Shown: positions 28,801 to 43,371, numbered from the stretch's first letter. The stretch: 64,000 nt of DNA from Ignavibacteriota bacterium (GCA_016707525.1 JADJHP010000003.1:76677-140676); one strand, 5' to 3'. Made by a program: numbers and translations. Notes: generated by a model from the letters alone, not told the origin.

Positions 28801-29828
28801 GTGGTGCTTCCTTCGTTCAGTGTTCTTCCAACCACCGGCGCGAGCCGGCGGATATCATCCATCAGCGCAGCAAAGCGGGATGGTTTCAAGGACTGTGCGC
28901 CATCCGAAAGTGCGGCAGCAGGATCCGGATGGACCTCGATCATCAGCCCATCCGCCCCCGCCGCGATCGCGGCCATGCTCATCGCCGGAACAGCTTCCCA
29001 GATCCCGACACCGTGACTCGGATCCACGATCACAGGCAGGTGGGTGAGCCGCTTGAGGACGGGGATCGCATTCAGATCCAGCGTGTTCCGTGTCGCCGTT
29101 TCGAACGTCCGGATCCCCCGCTCGCACAGGATGATCTGCAGGTTGCCGCGGCTCGCGATGTACTCTGCCGCCATCAGCAGTTCCTCGATCGTCGCGGCGA
29201 TGCCGCGTTTGAGCAGCACCGGTATGCGGAGTTCGCCGACGGCCTCCAGGAGACTGAAATTGCTCATGTTCCGTGCGCCGATCTGCAGCACGTCCGCCAC
29301 TTCCGCCACGGCGGGGAGGGTGCCCGTATCCTTCACTTCCGTCACGATCGCAAGCCCCGTCTTCTCGCGCGCCTCGCGGAGAAGGACCAATCCTTCTTCC
29401 TTCATGCCCTGAAAACTATACGGCGACGAACGTGGTTTGAATGCGCCGCCCCGCAAGAACTGTGCACCTGCCGACTTCACGTTTCGCGCAACGGTAACGA
29501 TCTGCTCCCGGCTCTCCACCGAGCAGGGCCCGGCCATCACCGCAAGTTCGGGCCCTCCAATGCTCGCTGTCCCGACCTTGATCACGCTGCTCTCCGGCCT
29601 CGCCTCACGACCGACGAGCTTGTACGGCTTGGAAACCGGTATCGCCCGTTCCACACCGGGCAGGATCGTGAACACATCCGCGGCGATCGCGCCGTGATTA
29701 CCGGTGATGCCGATGGCCGTCCGCTCCGCCCCGGGTATCTCGTGGGCCCGGAATCCGAGATCGCCGATCTTCAGCATCACTTCCCGGACCTGGTCCGGCG
29801 TCGCATCCTGTCGCATCAGGACGAGCAT
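28797..29828 (-). CDS. 3-deoxy-7-phosphoheptulonate (DAHP) synthase, class I-beta with an N-terminal regulatory domain, embedded in the trp operon
   Basis: N-terminal ACT/FL-like domain [21 protein letters not shown], followed by a KDO8P/DAHP synthase barrel ([30 protein letters not shown]). Confidence 0.85.
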   Translation of the reverse strand: MLVLMRQDATPDQVREVMLKIGDLGFRAHEIPGAERTAIGITGNHGAIAADVFTILPGVERAIPVSKPYKLVGREARPESSVIKVGTASIGGPELAVMAGPCSVESREQIVTVARNVKSAGAQFLRGGAFKPRSSPYSFQGMKEEGLVLLREAREKTGLAIVTEVKDTGTLPAVAEVADVLQIGARNMSNFSLLEAVGELRIPVLLKRGIAATIEELLMAAEYIASRGNLQIILCERGIRTFETATRNTLDLNAIPVLKRLTHLPVIVDPSHGVGIWEAVPAMSMAAIAAGADGLMIEVHPDPAAALSDGAQSLKPSRFAALMDDIRRLAPVVGRTLNEGSTT

Positions 29829-29831
29829 CTG

Positions 29832-30476
29832 TCATCTCCCTTGTGCTTCACGTGAACGATCCCATGCCAACGCCTTGAGTGCCGCATGGACGAACGCCCT
29901 CACCTTCTCATGATCCTTGATACCCGGCGCCACTTCCACGCCGCTGCTCACGTCCACACCCATGGGACGTGCTTGTCTGATCGCTTCCGCAACATTCGCC
30001 GGCGAGAGTCCGCCGCCCAGGATCACGGGCCCATGCCCGGCAGCCGCCCGTGCGATGCTCCAATCGAACACCTGGCCGGTACCGCCATGCACACCGGCAA
30101 CGAAGGTGTCCAGCACGTGGGCATCCACGCGATATGTTCCCACGCTGGCCGGATCGAAATCGGGTCCCACACGGTGTGCCTTCAGGACGCGGACCGGCAG
30201 GCCTTCCGTCTCCGCCGGCGACTCCTCCCCATGCAATTGTACCGCCTTCACCCCGCTCCTCCGGATCGCATCGAGGATCGCGGCGCGTGGCGCATTGACG
30301 AACACGCCGACCGTCACGATATCATTCGGGATGGACCGGACGATGTCCGCAACGGCATCAGGGCTGATGCACCGCTTACTCGAAGGCACGAAAATGAAGC
30401 CCAGCATGTCGGCACCCGCATCGAGCGCGCACAGGGCATCGTCACGCCTGGTGATCCCGCAGATCTTCACCCTCAT
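29832..30476 (-). CDS. trpF: Phosphoribosylanthranilate isomerase
   Basis: MRVKICGITRRDDALCALDAGADMLGFIF. Confidence 0.85.
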   Translation of the reverse strand: MRVKICGITRRDDALCALDAGADMLGFIFVPSSKRCISPDAVADIVRSIPNDIVTVGVFVNAPRAAILDAIRRSGVKAVQLHGEESPAETEGLPVRVLKAHRVGPDFDPASVGTYRVDAHVLDTFVAGVHGGTGQVFDWSIARAAAGHGPVILGGGLSPANVAEAIRQARPMGVDVSSGVEVAPGIKDHEKVRAFVHAALKALAWDRSREAQGR

Positions 30477-31261
30477 GCGCGGACCCCGGCAAGCACGTCC
30501 CGGAGTGCCTCACCGGGATCGGGAGCCCGCATGAACCCTTCGCCGATCAGGAATGCATCGATGTTGTGGGACCGCAGCATGCGTATATCTGCAGCGGACT
30601 GGATACCTGACTCGCTCACGCAGACCACATCGGAACCGATCAGGCCGCGCAGTCGCACCGACGTCTGCATATCCGTCGCAAATGTCGCAAGGTCACGATT
30701 GTTGATCCCGACCACGGGGAATCTTCCGCCCTCCAGCGCACCCACTTCCTCTTCATTGTGCACTTCCACGAGGACGCCGAGGCCGAGTTCATCGGCAAGG
30801 GCTTTGAGCTCATTCAGCAGGATGCGGTCCAGGGCGGCGACGATGAGCAGGACCGCATCGGCCTGGTACGCTCGCGCTTCATGAAGTTGATAGGGGTCAA
30901 GGATGAAATCCTTGCGGAGGACAGGCACCGCATGTCCTGCACGAGCAAGCGCCATGTAGTCCAGATGGCCCTGGAAGAACGGAACATCCGTGAGCACGGA
31001 GAGCGCCGCGGCGCCCGCCGCTACATACGACCGTGCGATCGCCGGTACGTCCATATCAGCGCGGATGACGCCCCGGGAGGGCGATGCTGCCTTGATCTCC
31101 GCGATGACCGCGGGGGAACGTTGGCGCAGGGCAAGTTCGAATGGCCGGCGGGGCACGTGATAGCCGGGCATATCCATCAGTGCGGCAAGCGGGGCCCTCT
31201 GCTTACGGGCGTCCAGGTCCTCCTGTGTGCGCCGGAGGATCGCGTCGAGATAGGTGCTCAT
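30473..31261 (-). CDS. trpC: Indole-3-glycerol phosphate synthase
   Basis: AVIAEIKAASPSRGVI...GINNRDL. Confidence 0.9.
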   Translation of the reverse strand: MSTYLDAILRRTQEDLDARKQRAPLAALMDMPGYHVPRRPFELALRQRSPAVIAEIKAASPSRGVIRADMDVPAIARSYVAAGAAALSVLTDVPFFQGHLDYMALARAGHAVPVLRKDFILDPYQLHEARAYQADAVLLIVAALDRILLNELKALADELGLGVLVEVHNEEEVGALEGGRFPVVGINNRDLATFATDMQTSVRLRGLIGSDVVCVSESGIQSAADIRMLRSHNIDAFLIGEGFMRAPDPGEALRDVLAGVRA

Positions 31262-32271
31262 GCTCTGTTCGTGAACTCCACCAGTGCCTTGAGGGTTGCC
31301 AGCGCGCGGCCCGAGTCGATCGCTTCCGCCGCGAGGCGTGTCCCGGCCGTCAGGTCGGCGGCCTTGCCTGCCACAAAGATCCCCATCCCTGCGTTGGCGA
31401 GAACGATATCACGACCCGGAACCGGTTCGGCCTGGAGGATGCTGAGCGCAATACGGGCATTTGTTTCAGGATCCCCACCCTTCACGGCGTCGTGCGGCGC
31501 TGTCGCAAGCCCGAAATCGGAAGCTTCGACGATATACCTGCGCACAGGCCGATCCCCTCCCACCTCGTGGACCGACGTCGGCCGTGCGAGGCTCACTTCA
31601 TCCATCCCGTCATCGCTGTGGATCACGCACGCTTTGTCCGTGTCCAGCACGTGCAGCGCACCGGCGAGCCGCCGGGCCACATCATGATGATAGGTCCCGA
31701 GCACCTGGCGCCGCACGCTGGCAGGGTTGGTGATCGGACCGAGCATATTGAAGATGGTCCTGACGCCAAGCTCCTGACGCGCTTTCGCCGCGAACTTCAT
31801 CGCGGGATGGAACAACGGAGCGAACAGGAACCCGATCCCGACGGTATTCACGCACGCCTCCACGCGGTCCGGTGCCAGTTGTGTCTTCACGCCGAGCGCA
31901 GCGAGCACATCGGCGCTGCCGCTGCGGCTCGACACGGAGCGGTTGCCGTGCTTCGCAACGGTCACGCCCGCGCCGGCAGCCACGAGCGCGGCCACCGTGG
32001 AGATATTGAACGTATCGCGTCCATCCCCACCGGTACCGCACATATCGATGGCGTCGCCATCGTCGGTGGTGATCCGGACCGCATGGGCACGCATCGTTCG
32101 CGCGAACCCGACGACCTCGGATTCGCTCTCCCCTTTTGCGCGGAGTGCGATGAGCAATCCGGCGATCTGCGCATCCGTAGCGGTGCCGCTCATGATCCTC
32201 TCCAGGGCATCCGCTGCCTCGTCGATCGACAGGTCCTGCTTCTCCAGACACTTCTCGATATAGTGCTTCAT
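31258..32271 (-). CDS. trpD: Anthranilate phosphoribosyltransferase
   Basis: AQIAGLLIALRAKGES...CGTGGDG. Confidence 0.9.
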   Translation of the reverse strand: MKHYIEKCLEKQDLSIDEAADALERIMSGTATDAQIAGLLIALRAKGESESEVVGFARTMRAHAVRITTDDGDAIDMCGTGGDGRDTFNISTVAALVAAGAGVTVAKHGNRSVSSRSGSADVLAALGVKTQLAPDRVEACVNTVGIGFLFAPLFHPAMKFAAKARQELGVRTIFNMLGPITNPASVRRQVLGTYHHDVARRLAGALHVLDTDKACVIHSDDGMDEVSLARPTSVHEVGGDRPVRRYIVEASDFGLATAPHDAVKGGDPETNARIALSILQAEPVPGRDIVLANAGMGIFVAGKAADLTAGTRLAAEAIDSGRALATLKALVEFTNRA

Positions 32272-32837
32272 GACAGCCTCTCCACCCAGTTCCTGAGAAT
32301 TTGCATGCCCTCTGTGGTCAGGATCGATTCGGGGTGGAATTGCACGCCTTCCACCGGCAACGTCCTGTGACGCACGCCCATGATCACGCCATCCTCGGTC
32401 TCCGCGGTGATCTCCAGAGCATCAGGCAGCGAGGAACGCTCGACGACCAACGAATGGTAGCGCGTCGCATCGAAGGGATCCGACACGCCCCGGTACAGCG
32501 ACGTTCCGTGATGCCGCACGCGCGATGTCCGTCCGTGCATCAGCGACGGCGCGTGGATGACGGATCCGCCGAAGGCGGCGCCGATCGCCTGATGGCCGAG
32601 GCAGACGCCGAAGAGCGGGAACGAGGTACTACAGTGGCGGATGACGTCAAGGGTGACGCCGGCATCCTCCGGTCGGCCGGGGCCGGGGGACAACAGGATC
32701 CCGTCCGGCGCCAATGTTGTGATCTCGTCGACGGTCACGGCATCGTTGCGGCGCACCAAGAGATCGGTGCGGAAGGTGCCGAGTGCCTGCACGAGATTGA
32801 ACGTGAAGGAATCATAGTTGTCGATCACGAGGATCAT
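32268..32837 (-). CDS. trpG: Anthranilate synthase component II (glutamine amidotransferase)
   Basis: MILVIDNYDSFTFNLVQ...GVCLGHQAI, class I GATase. Confidence 0.85.
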   Translation of the reverse strand: MILVIDNYDSFTFNLVQALGTFRTDLLVRRNDAVTVDEITTLAPDGILLSPGPGRPEDAGVTLDVIRHCSTSFPLFGVCLGHQAIGAAFGGSVIHAPSLMHGRTSRVRHHGTSLYRGVSDPFDATRYHSLVVERSSLPDALEITAETEDGVIMGVRHRTLPVEGVQFHPESILTTEGMQILRNWVERLS

Positions 32838-34324
32838 TGTGCACCTTCCTCCTGCCCGTCGGGCGCGGCGAGCCCGCGTGAGGCGAGACGTATCGCCTCC
32901 ATGAGCACCCGCGCCTTGTTGACCGTTTCGTCGTATTCATTCGACGGCACGGAGTCGGCAACGATCCCCGCGCCCGCCTGCAGCTTCAACGTTTGTCCAT
33001 GCGCGAACACCGTGCGTATCGCGATACAGGTATCCATCGTGCCGTCCATGCCGAAATACCCCACGGCGCCTGCGTACGCTCCACGCGGAAAGGGTTCGAG
33101 GTCAGCGATGATCTCCATCGCACGCACCTTCGGGGCACCCGAGACCGTCCCTGCAGGGAAGCACGATTCAAAGATGCCCACCGCGTCGATGTCCGGACGG
33201 ATCCGGCCGCGCACTTCCGAAACGATGTGCATCACATGCGAATAGCGGTCCACGCGCTTGAAGACCGGCACTTCCACGGAACCGTACTCGGAGACCCGGC
33301 CAACGTCGTTGCGCCCGAGGTCCACAAGCATCACATGCTCGGCAAGTTCCTTGGGATCGGCGAGAAGGTCCAGTTCAAGACGTTTGTCGTCGGCTTCATC
33401 CACACCGCGGCGCCGGGTACCGGCGATCGGCAGAAGCTCCACTGTGCCGCCGTGTGCCTGGATGAGCATTTCCGGCGAAGAGCCGGCGAGTTTGGTAGCG
33501 CCGAAATCCAGGAAGAAAAGGTACGGGGATGGATTGATGATGCGCAGGGAACGATAGACGGCAAAGAGATCGCCGGTGAACGTACTGCGTGTCCTTCGTG
33601 AGAGCACCACCTGAAAGATATCGCCTTCGGTGATGTGTTCTTTCGCACGAAGCACGGCCTGCTCGAACCCCGCGCGGTCCGGTTCACCCGCTCCATCCAT
33701 CGCACAACTGAACGGCGTGGCCGGTGCGGTCACTCTCCGCAGGCGGAGTTCCAGCGCAGACAGGGCGGCCTTCCCCGATTCGTACTGGTCTTCCAGTGGC
33801 GCCGCCGGGTCGATGAAGACATTGTGCATGAGCGTCATGACCTGCCGGTGATGGTCGAACTGCACGACCGAGCCGAACAGGCCGAGGATCGCATCGGGCT
33901 CCTCACCCGCTGCGGGCGTGATAGGTATCCGTTCGATGTGCCTGACGCAGTTGTACCCGATGTATCCCACAAGTCCGCCAAGCAGCCCGTGGGGCTCCTG
34001 CACCGGTGCGATCCTGTGCGGTGCGAGGATACTGCGGATGACGGAGAACAGCGGGCCCTGCACCTCCTCCGTTCCCCTGGCATCGCGCACGGTCACCGAT
34101 CCGTTGCGGGCTTCGAGGATCACCCGCGGACGCGTGCCGATGAACGAAAAGCGTCCGATCTTTTCGTTCGGTTCGACGCTCTCCAGGATGAAGGACGGCA
34201 CCCCCTCTTCACGGAGCGTGAGGTAGGTCAGGACCGGGGTCAAGGTATCCGCCACCAGGGTCCGCACGAGCGGGATCACGGTGTACGAAGCTGCCAGTTG
34301 CCTGAATGTTGCGAACGGTATCAT
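32834..34324 (-). CDS. trpE: Anthranilate synthase component I
   Basis: ORF trimmed to MIPFATFRQLAASYTVIPLV, with the ATG at 34324 preceded by GGGAGG. Chorismate-binding domain present. Confidence 0.9.
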   Translation of the reverse strand: MIPFATFRQLAASYTVIPLVRTLVADTLTPVLTYLTLREEGVPSFILESVEPNEKIGRFSFIGTRPRVILEARNGSVTVRDARGTEEVQGPLFSVIRSILAPHRIAPVQEPHGLLGGLVGYIGYNCVRHIERIPITPAAGEEPDAILGLFGSVVQFDHHRQVMTLMHNVFIDPAAPLEDQYESGKAALSALELRLRRVTAPATPFSCAMDGAGEPDRAGFEQAVLRAKEHITEGDIFQVVLSRRTRSTFTGDLFAVYRSLRIINPSPYLFFLDFGATKLAGSSPEMLIQAHGGTVELLPIAGTRRRGVDEADDKRLELDLLADPKELAEHVMLVDLGRNDVGRVSEYGSVEVPVFKRVDRYSHVMHIVSEVRGRIRPDIDAVGIFESCFPAGTVSGAPKVRAMEIIADLEPFPRGAYAGAVGYFGMDGTMDTCIAIRTVFAHGQTLKLQAGAGIVADSVPSNEYDETVNKARVLMEAIRLASRGLAAPDGQEEGAQ

Positions 34325-34335
34325 GGACCTCCCAT

Positions 34336-34373
34336 AAAAACGAAAAAACCCTTCCTGGCTGTCAGGAAGGGTT
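34336..34373 (-). terminator. Intrinsic terminator / trp attenuator hairpin upstream of trpE
   Basis: On the minus strand: AACCCTTCCTG-acagc-CAGGAAGGGTT followed by TTTTTCGTTTTT. Confidence 0.75.
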
Positions 34374-34400
34374 GTGCATGGCACAACGATGGAAAAGACA

Positions 34401-34484
34401 CTAACCTCCTGCAGGTTGCGGGCTCATCATCGTGCGCCACCACCAGGACGACAGGTTTGTGCGATATGCGTTGACGGATTTCAT
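34401..34484 (-). CDS. trpL: trp leader peptide (27 codons, three consecutive Trp codons)
   Basis: Minus-strand translation gives MKSVNAYRTNLSSWWWRTMMSPQPAGG*, ending 27 nt before the terminator hairpin. Confidence 0.7.
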   Translation of the reverse strand: MKSVNAYRTNLSSWWWRTMMSPQPAGG

Positions 34485-34492
34485 GATGGTGC

Positions 34493-34521
34493 AATATACG
34501 TGCAGAGGGGTGTCGTGTCAA
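34493..34521 (-). promoter_or_regulatory. Sigma70-like promoter of the trp operon (TTGACA-17 nt-TATATT)
   Basis: On the minus strand: cTTGACAcgacacccctctgcacgTATATTgcaccatcATG. The -10 element ends 8 nt before the leader ATG, so the leader transcript may be leaderless. Confidence 0.6.
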
Positions 34522-34542
34522 GCGAAAAGTGGCAACGCGGTG

Positions 34543-38943
<4,401 letters not shown>

Positions 38944-39119
38944 GGTTCCCAGTTGAGCTGTGGCCGATATCAGCCCAATGGCTGATGATGGTCGACGGCT
39001 TTCCCCCCGCGTTCAGGAATTGCGCCTTCTGCGACAGGGCGAGCAGGGGGAACCGCCTTTTCATGAACTATCTGCCTCCAGGAACGCAATCATCATGCCA
39101 TTGTCACTCTATTGTATGC

Positions 39120-42100
39120 CTATTGGCTGAATTTCCACTCAAGAACGCCCGAGGAAAGGCCCTTCTGGAGCTGAACTTCCATGCGCAAACCTCTGGTCGT
39201 GACCGGTGTGAAGCGGACGACATTGAGCGCGTCCTTCTCCGTTGCATATGCCGACTGCGCCTGAACAGGAACCCACGCATCACCCGCCCGATAGAGGATC
39301 CGCCATGACTGCGGTACCCGGGAGAAACCATCGACTCCATCGTCGAACCAATACACGGAGCAGGAGGAAACCGACTGCTCTGATGGGAGATCGTACTGGA
39401 TCCACTCCGCGGTCCCCTTGTGATCCCACCAGCTCATGCGCGTGATGCTCTCATCGTTCGAAGCCTTCGGCTCGAAGCCATCGGCGACCGCTTCAGGATC
39501 TTCATATCGATTGATATACGAGTAACTGATCGTGAACGGGATCGGACGCGGGCGTTGCGGCGGCACCCATTCCACCCCCCGCGCATCCGTCGTCACCGTG
39601 GGGAACGATGTGATACGGAGCCGCGCCGTACCCATGGGCACGAGCGTGAGCGGTTCTTCAGGTGCGGCCGTACGTGCTGGACTCTTCTGCAGTGGCCCGA
39701 CCAGGTTACGGTAGTCGGCCTGCCACCCATCGATCCTCCGTCCCGTGGCCTTGATCACGAACGGCAATGCCGCAGGGGTCCAGGGGAGCGCATGCGGATC
39801 CGGCGTGCGGGGTTCGACGGTGAACGACCGGGCTGCATCCACGGAGTCGAGCACCAGGCCGTAGTTCCAGGCCGTCGTGGGGAACACTTCCCACTCCGGC
39901 CACGCGGTGTTGGTGCCGTACTTTTCCCACCGTTCGCCGATGCTCAGGGAGAAGGTCAACGGGCCGCGATTCACGGACACGGAGTTCTGATTCTTCTCCC
40001 ACCGTTGTACCTGCAGCGGCATCGCGAAGGTGATCACGACCTCGTCACCCGGCGACCACTGCCTGTCGATGCAAGCGAACATCCCGCCGGATGAAGGCAA
40101 TGCGGTCGCGGCGCCATTGATGCTGACCGATGCCTCCGCGCACCAGCCGGGGATGCGGACGTAGAGCGGAAAGCGTACTTTCTTCGCCGGTGTCACGCGC
40201 AATCGAACCACACCGTCGTAGGGATAGTCCGTCCGCTCCTCGATGCCCACGGCGATGCCATCTCCTACCACCGCGCGCACCTGCGAGGGAGCGTAGAGAG
40301 AGGCGCACAGGCCGCCATCACGCGTCGCAAGCCACATCTCCTCTGCGAAGTACGGCCAGCCATGGGCGACGTTGTGCTGGCAACAGCGGTAGGTCTGGAA
40401 AGGACTGTACGAGAACATCGTGCCGCCGTTCTGGATCCCCGGCGTCTTCAGCTCCTTGTCCAGTTGCACCTGATTGGCACAGGTAAGATAGTGCAACCCC
40501 TTCTGGTCCGGTGTGAGGGCCACGGGCAGGCTGTTGAACGCGAGCTCTTCGCAGCGGTCGGACCAGACCGTACCGCCGCCCGTACGCGTGAGCATTTCGA
40601 AGCTGTGCATGAACTCCACGATCCCGCATGTCTCAAATCCCTGACGGGGGTCGATGAAGCCGGGCCGCGCATTCTCATCGGCCGCGAAACCGCCGCCGGG
40701 AAATTGGCCGTACATCCCGCGGACCTGGCGGTAGTTCCGCTCCACGGCATGCAAGAGGGAGAAGTCGCGCGCCACCGGATAGTACATCGCCGGGCCACGG
40801 AACCCCTGGGCGATGTTCACATTGTGCCAGTTCACGACCGTGGAGTCCCACCGCGACATGTTACGATGCATCTTCCCCGCAAGGTCGAGCAGCCACACTC
40901 TCCCCGTTCGGTTGTACAGCCACACCACGCTCTCGATGTTGTCTCCCATCCTCGTCTTGGGCCAGTAGCCCTCACCGAAGGCCGTCTCCGGAAGCGTGTT
41001 CTCCCATGCGAAGTACTTCTCCATGAACGGGATCACGCGCGGGTCTGCGGTATATTCATAGTAGGATTGCAGGACGTTGAGCATGACCATGTGCGGCCAG
41101 AGATCGGGCTTCCCCTCGAGCGAGGTGAGCAGATCGCGCGGGCCGAACCAGCCGTCCTCGCGTTGCGACGAGAGCATCGCCTCGATCCAGAAACGTGCCT
41201 TGCGCTGTATGGAGGTATCCCCGAGGACGTAGCCGAGATCCCCATACCCTTTCAACCAGTACGGGAGTTCCTCCCACCCGCGCGAGCCCTTTCCCTCTGC
41301 GTTCGCCCACGCGCTCGTTGAAGGATCGAGCCAGGGAGAGATCTCGGCCAGGTGCCCGACCATGCCATCGCGTTCGATCTCCAGCATCCGCTGGAGCCAC
41401 CCTTCGGGCCTGATGCTTCCGATCGGCAACCGCGTCATCGGCGTGCCCACAAGGGGTGGCCGGTTCCACTGGCTCCCCGTCGAGGTGTGCGGCGGATCGA
41501 TCACGGCATGCAGGGAGATGCCGTTCGCAGGCGCGGGAGGAGTGATCGCACCACGGTTCGCTTCAGCGACCAGGTGCGCCGGTGCCTTGACGACCATCCT
41601 GTCGTAGGTCATCAGGCCGTTACATTCCACCTCGACGTCCGTGATCTGCGTGTACACCGCGGCACAGAGCCCATCGGTATCTTTGAGCCGGCGTACCGAA
41701 CCGAGGAACTGTGCATACGTGGACGTCAGTTCCTCTGCATCCTTCATCCCCTTGTATCCCCAGTGCTCCTTTTTCCACGTGTGTCCGGGCAGGGCGAGGC
41801 CAAGTCCTCCGAACTCGCCGAGGACGATCGCGCGTGCCGATTCCGCGATCGGCGCCGCCGGTTTCGGGTAGGAATGAATGTCCATGACATCGCCGGCATT
41901 CTTGTCGGTCCAACCGCTGGCATTGTTCACCAGCCGCGCCGGATCGAGCTGCTTCACATGGGCCGTCAGACGTTCGGTGTCGTACTGCCCCCACCCTTCA
42001 TTGAAGACCACCCACATGATGATGGACGGATGGTTCCGGTGCGTCGCCACGAGCCGGTCGAGTTCGGCCTCGAACTGGGTCCGCGAAGCAGGGGTGGTGT

Positions 42101-43352
42101 TGTTCGCGCTTGGCATGTCCTGCCACACCAGAAGGCCGAGACGATCCGCCCAATAATACCACCGCGCCGGCTCCACTTTCACATGCTTGCGCGTCATGTT
42201 GAAGCCGAGTTCTTTCGTGATCTCGATGTCGTACCGGAGTGCGGCATCTGTCGGTGCGGTGTAGATGCCGTCAGGCCAGAAGCCCTGATCGAGGGGACCG
42301 ACCTGGAACACAGGCTTCCCGTTGAGCATGAGGCGTTGGATCCCGCGCGCGTCGCGTGCCACGGCGATCGTGCGGAGGCCTGCATAGCTTCCGACGGCAT
42401 CGATCGTCTTCCCATTGCGGACGAGTGTCACCTTCAGATCATAGAGGAACGGCGTCTCCGGCGACCAGAGTCTCGGGGAGCGTACACCCACACTGATGGG
42501 TGCCCCGGGTGTGCCGCGCCCCTTCCCCACTTCTTTCCTGCCGTTGAATACCGTCACGATGCACTCCGTACCCGCAGGCTCACCGCTGGCATCCACCGTC
42601 ACCATGAATGACGCGGCATCCTTCCCTGTCTCGATGCGGAGGTCCCTGACCGCGGTGGCGGGTACAGGTTCACACCATACCGTCTGCCAGATCCCGGTGC
42701 AGGGGGTATACCAGATGCCGCCAGGTTTCCGCACCTGCTTTCCGCGGGGCTGATCGCCTGCATCCGACGGATCGTGCACACCAACCACGATCTCCTGTGC
42801 GCCCGACGACTTCAGCGCATCCGTGATGTCGAAGGAGAACGGGTCGTAGCCGCCCCGGTGTGTTCCGACCCGGGCACCGTTCACGAAGACCACCGATTCC
42901 CAATCCACCGCGCCGAAATGCAGAAGGATCCGTTTGCCGGCCCAGGCCTTCGGAACGGAGAACATCCGCCGGTACCATATCCGGTCCGTGCGCTTCATGA
43001 CACCGGAGAGTGCTGATTCTACAGGGAAGGGCACAAGGATCTGTGAAGACAGGTCCTTCCCGAAAGGCGGCGTGTCCAGAGTTGACGGCAGCTCATATCC
43101 CCAGAGTCCGTTGAGGTTGAGCCACTCCTTGCGCGTCATGATGGGCCGCGGGTAATCCGGGAGCGGCTTCGCGGGATCCACTTTCGCCGACCAGGGGGTG
43201 AGAAGCGGCGCATCGGCAGGCAGGCGCCATGCGTCCCCGGCCCGGCAGAACGCAGCAGAGAGCATCAGGGCAAGCACGGGGACAAGGATACGGGAGACTG
43301 TGTGCATAGGTGTTCTCACAGAGTGAAGGAGAGACGAGGACAGTGATCTCAT
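39120..43352 (-). CDS. Multidomain glycoside hydrolase: GH2-like N-terminal region fused to a GH127-like (beta-L-arabinofuranosidase, DUF1680) domain and a C-terminal discoidin-like domain
   Basis: GH2 sugar-binding and TIM motifs (NHPSIIMWVVFNEGWGQYD). The GH127 zinc-ligand pattern is present (E-T-C in GFETCGIVEF, and a CC pair in YRCCQHNV). Signal peptide at the N-terminus. Confidence 0.8.
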   Translation of the reverse strand: MRSLSSSLLHSVRTPMHTVSRILVPVLALMLSAAFCRAGDAWRLPADAPLLTPWSAKVDPAKPLPDYPRPIMTRKEWLNLNGLWGYELPSTLDTPPFGKDLSSQILVPFPVESALSGVMKRTDRIWYRRMFSVPKAWAGKRILLHFGAVDWESVVFVNGARVGTHRGGYDPFSFDITDALKSSGAQEIVVGVHDPSDAGDQPRGKQVRKPGGIWYTPCTGIWQTVWCEPVPATAVRDLRIETGKDAASFMVTVDASGEPAGTECIVTVFNGRKEVGKGRGTPGAPISVGVRSPRLWSPETPFLYDLKVTLVRNGKTIDAVGSYAGLRTIAVARDARGIQRLMLNGKPVFQVGPLDQGFWPDGIYTAPTDAALRYDIEITKELGFNMTRKHVKVEPARWYYWADRLGLLVWQDMPSANNTTPASRTQFEAELDRLVATHRNHPSIIMWVVFNEGWGQYDTERLTAHVKQLDPARLVNNASGWTDKNAGDVMDIHSYPKPAAPIAESARAIVLGEFGGLGLALPGHTWKKEHWGYKGMKDAEELTSTYAQFLGSVRRLKDTDGLCAAVYTQITDVEVECNGLMTYDRMVVKAPAHLVAEANRGAITPPAPANGISLHAVIDPPHTSTGSQWNRPPLVGTPMTRLPIGSIRPEGWLQRMLEIERDGMVGHLAEISPWLDPSTSAWANAEGKGSRGWEELPYWLKGYGDLGYVLGDTSIQRKARFWIEAMLSSQREDGWFGPRDLLTSLEGKPDLWPHMVMLNVLQSYYEYTADPRVIPFMEKYFAWENTLPETAFGEGYWPKTRMGDNIESVVWLYNRTGRVWLLDLAGKMHRNMSRWDSTVVNWHNVNIAQGFRGPAMYYPVARDFSLLHAVERNYRQVRGMYGQFPGGGFAADENARPGFIDPRQGFETCGIVEFMHSFEMLTRTGGGTVWSDRCEELAFNSLPVALTPDQKGLHYLTCANQVQLDKELKTPGIQNGGTMFSYSPFQTYRCCQHNVAHGWPYFAEEMWLATRDGGLCASLYAPSQVRAVVGDGIAVGIEERTDYPYDGVVRLRVTPAKKVRFPLYVRIPGWCAEASVSINGAATALPSSGGMFACIDRQWSPGDEVVITFAMPLQVQRWEKNQNSVSVNRGPLTFSLSIGERWEKYGTNTAWPEWEVFPTTAWNYGLVLDSVDAARSFTVEPRTPDPHALPWTPAALPFVIKATGRRIDGWQADYRNLVGPLQKSPARTAAPEEPLTLVPMGTARLRITSFPTVTTDARGVEWVPPQRPRPIPFTISYSYINRYEDPEAVADGFEPKASNDESITRMSWWDHKGTAEWIQYDLPSEQSVSSCSVYWFDDGVDGFSRVPQSWRILYRAGDAWVPVQAQSAYATEKDALNVVRFTPVTTRGLRMEVQLQKGLSSGVLEWKFSQ

Positions 43353-43371
43353 AGGGGCACGTTCTGCAACG

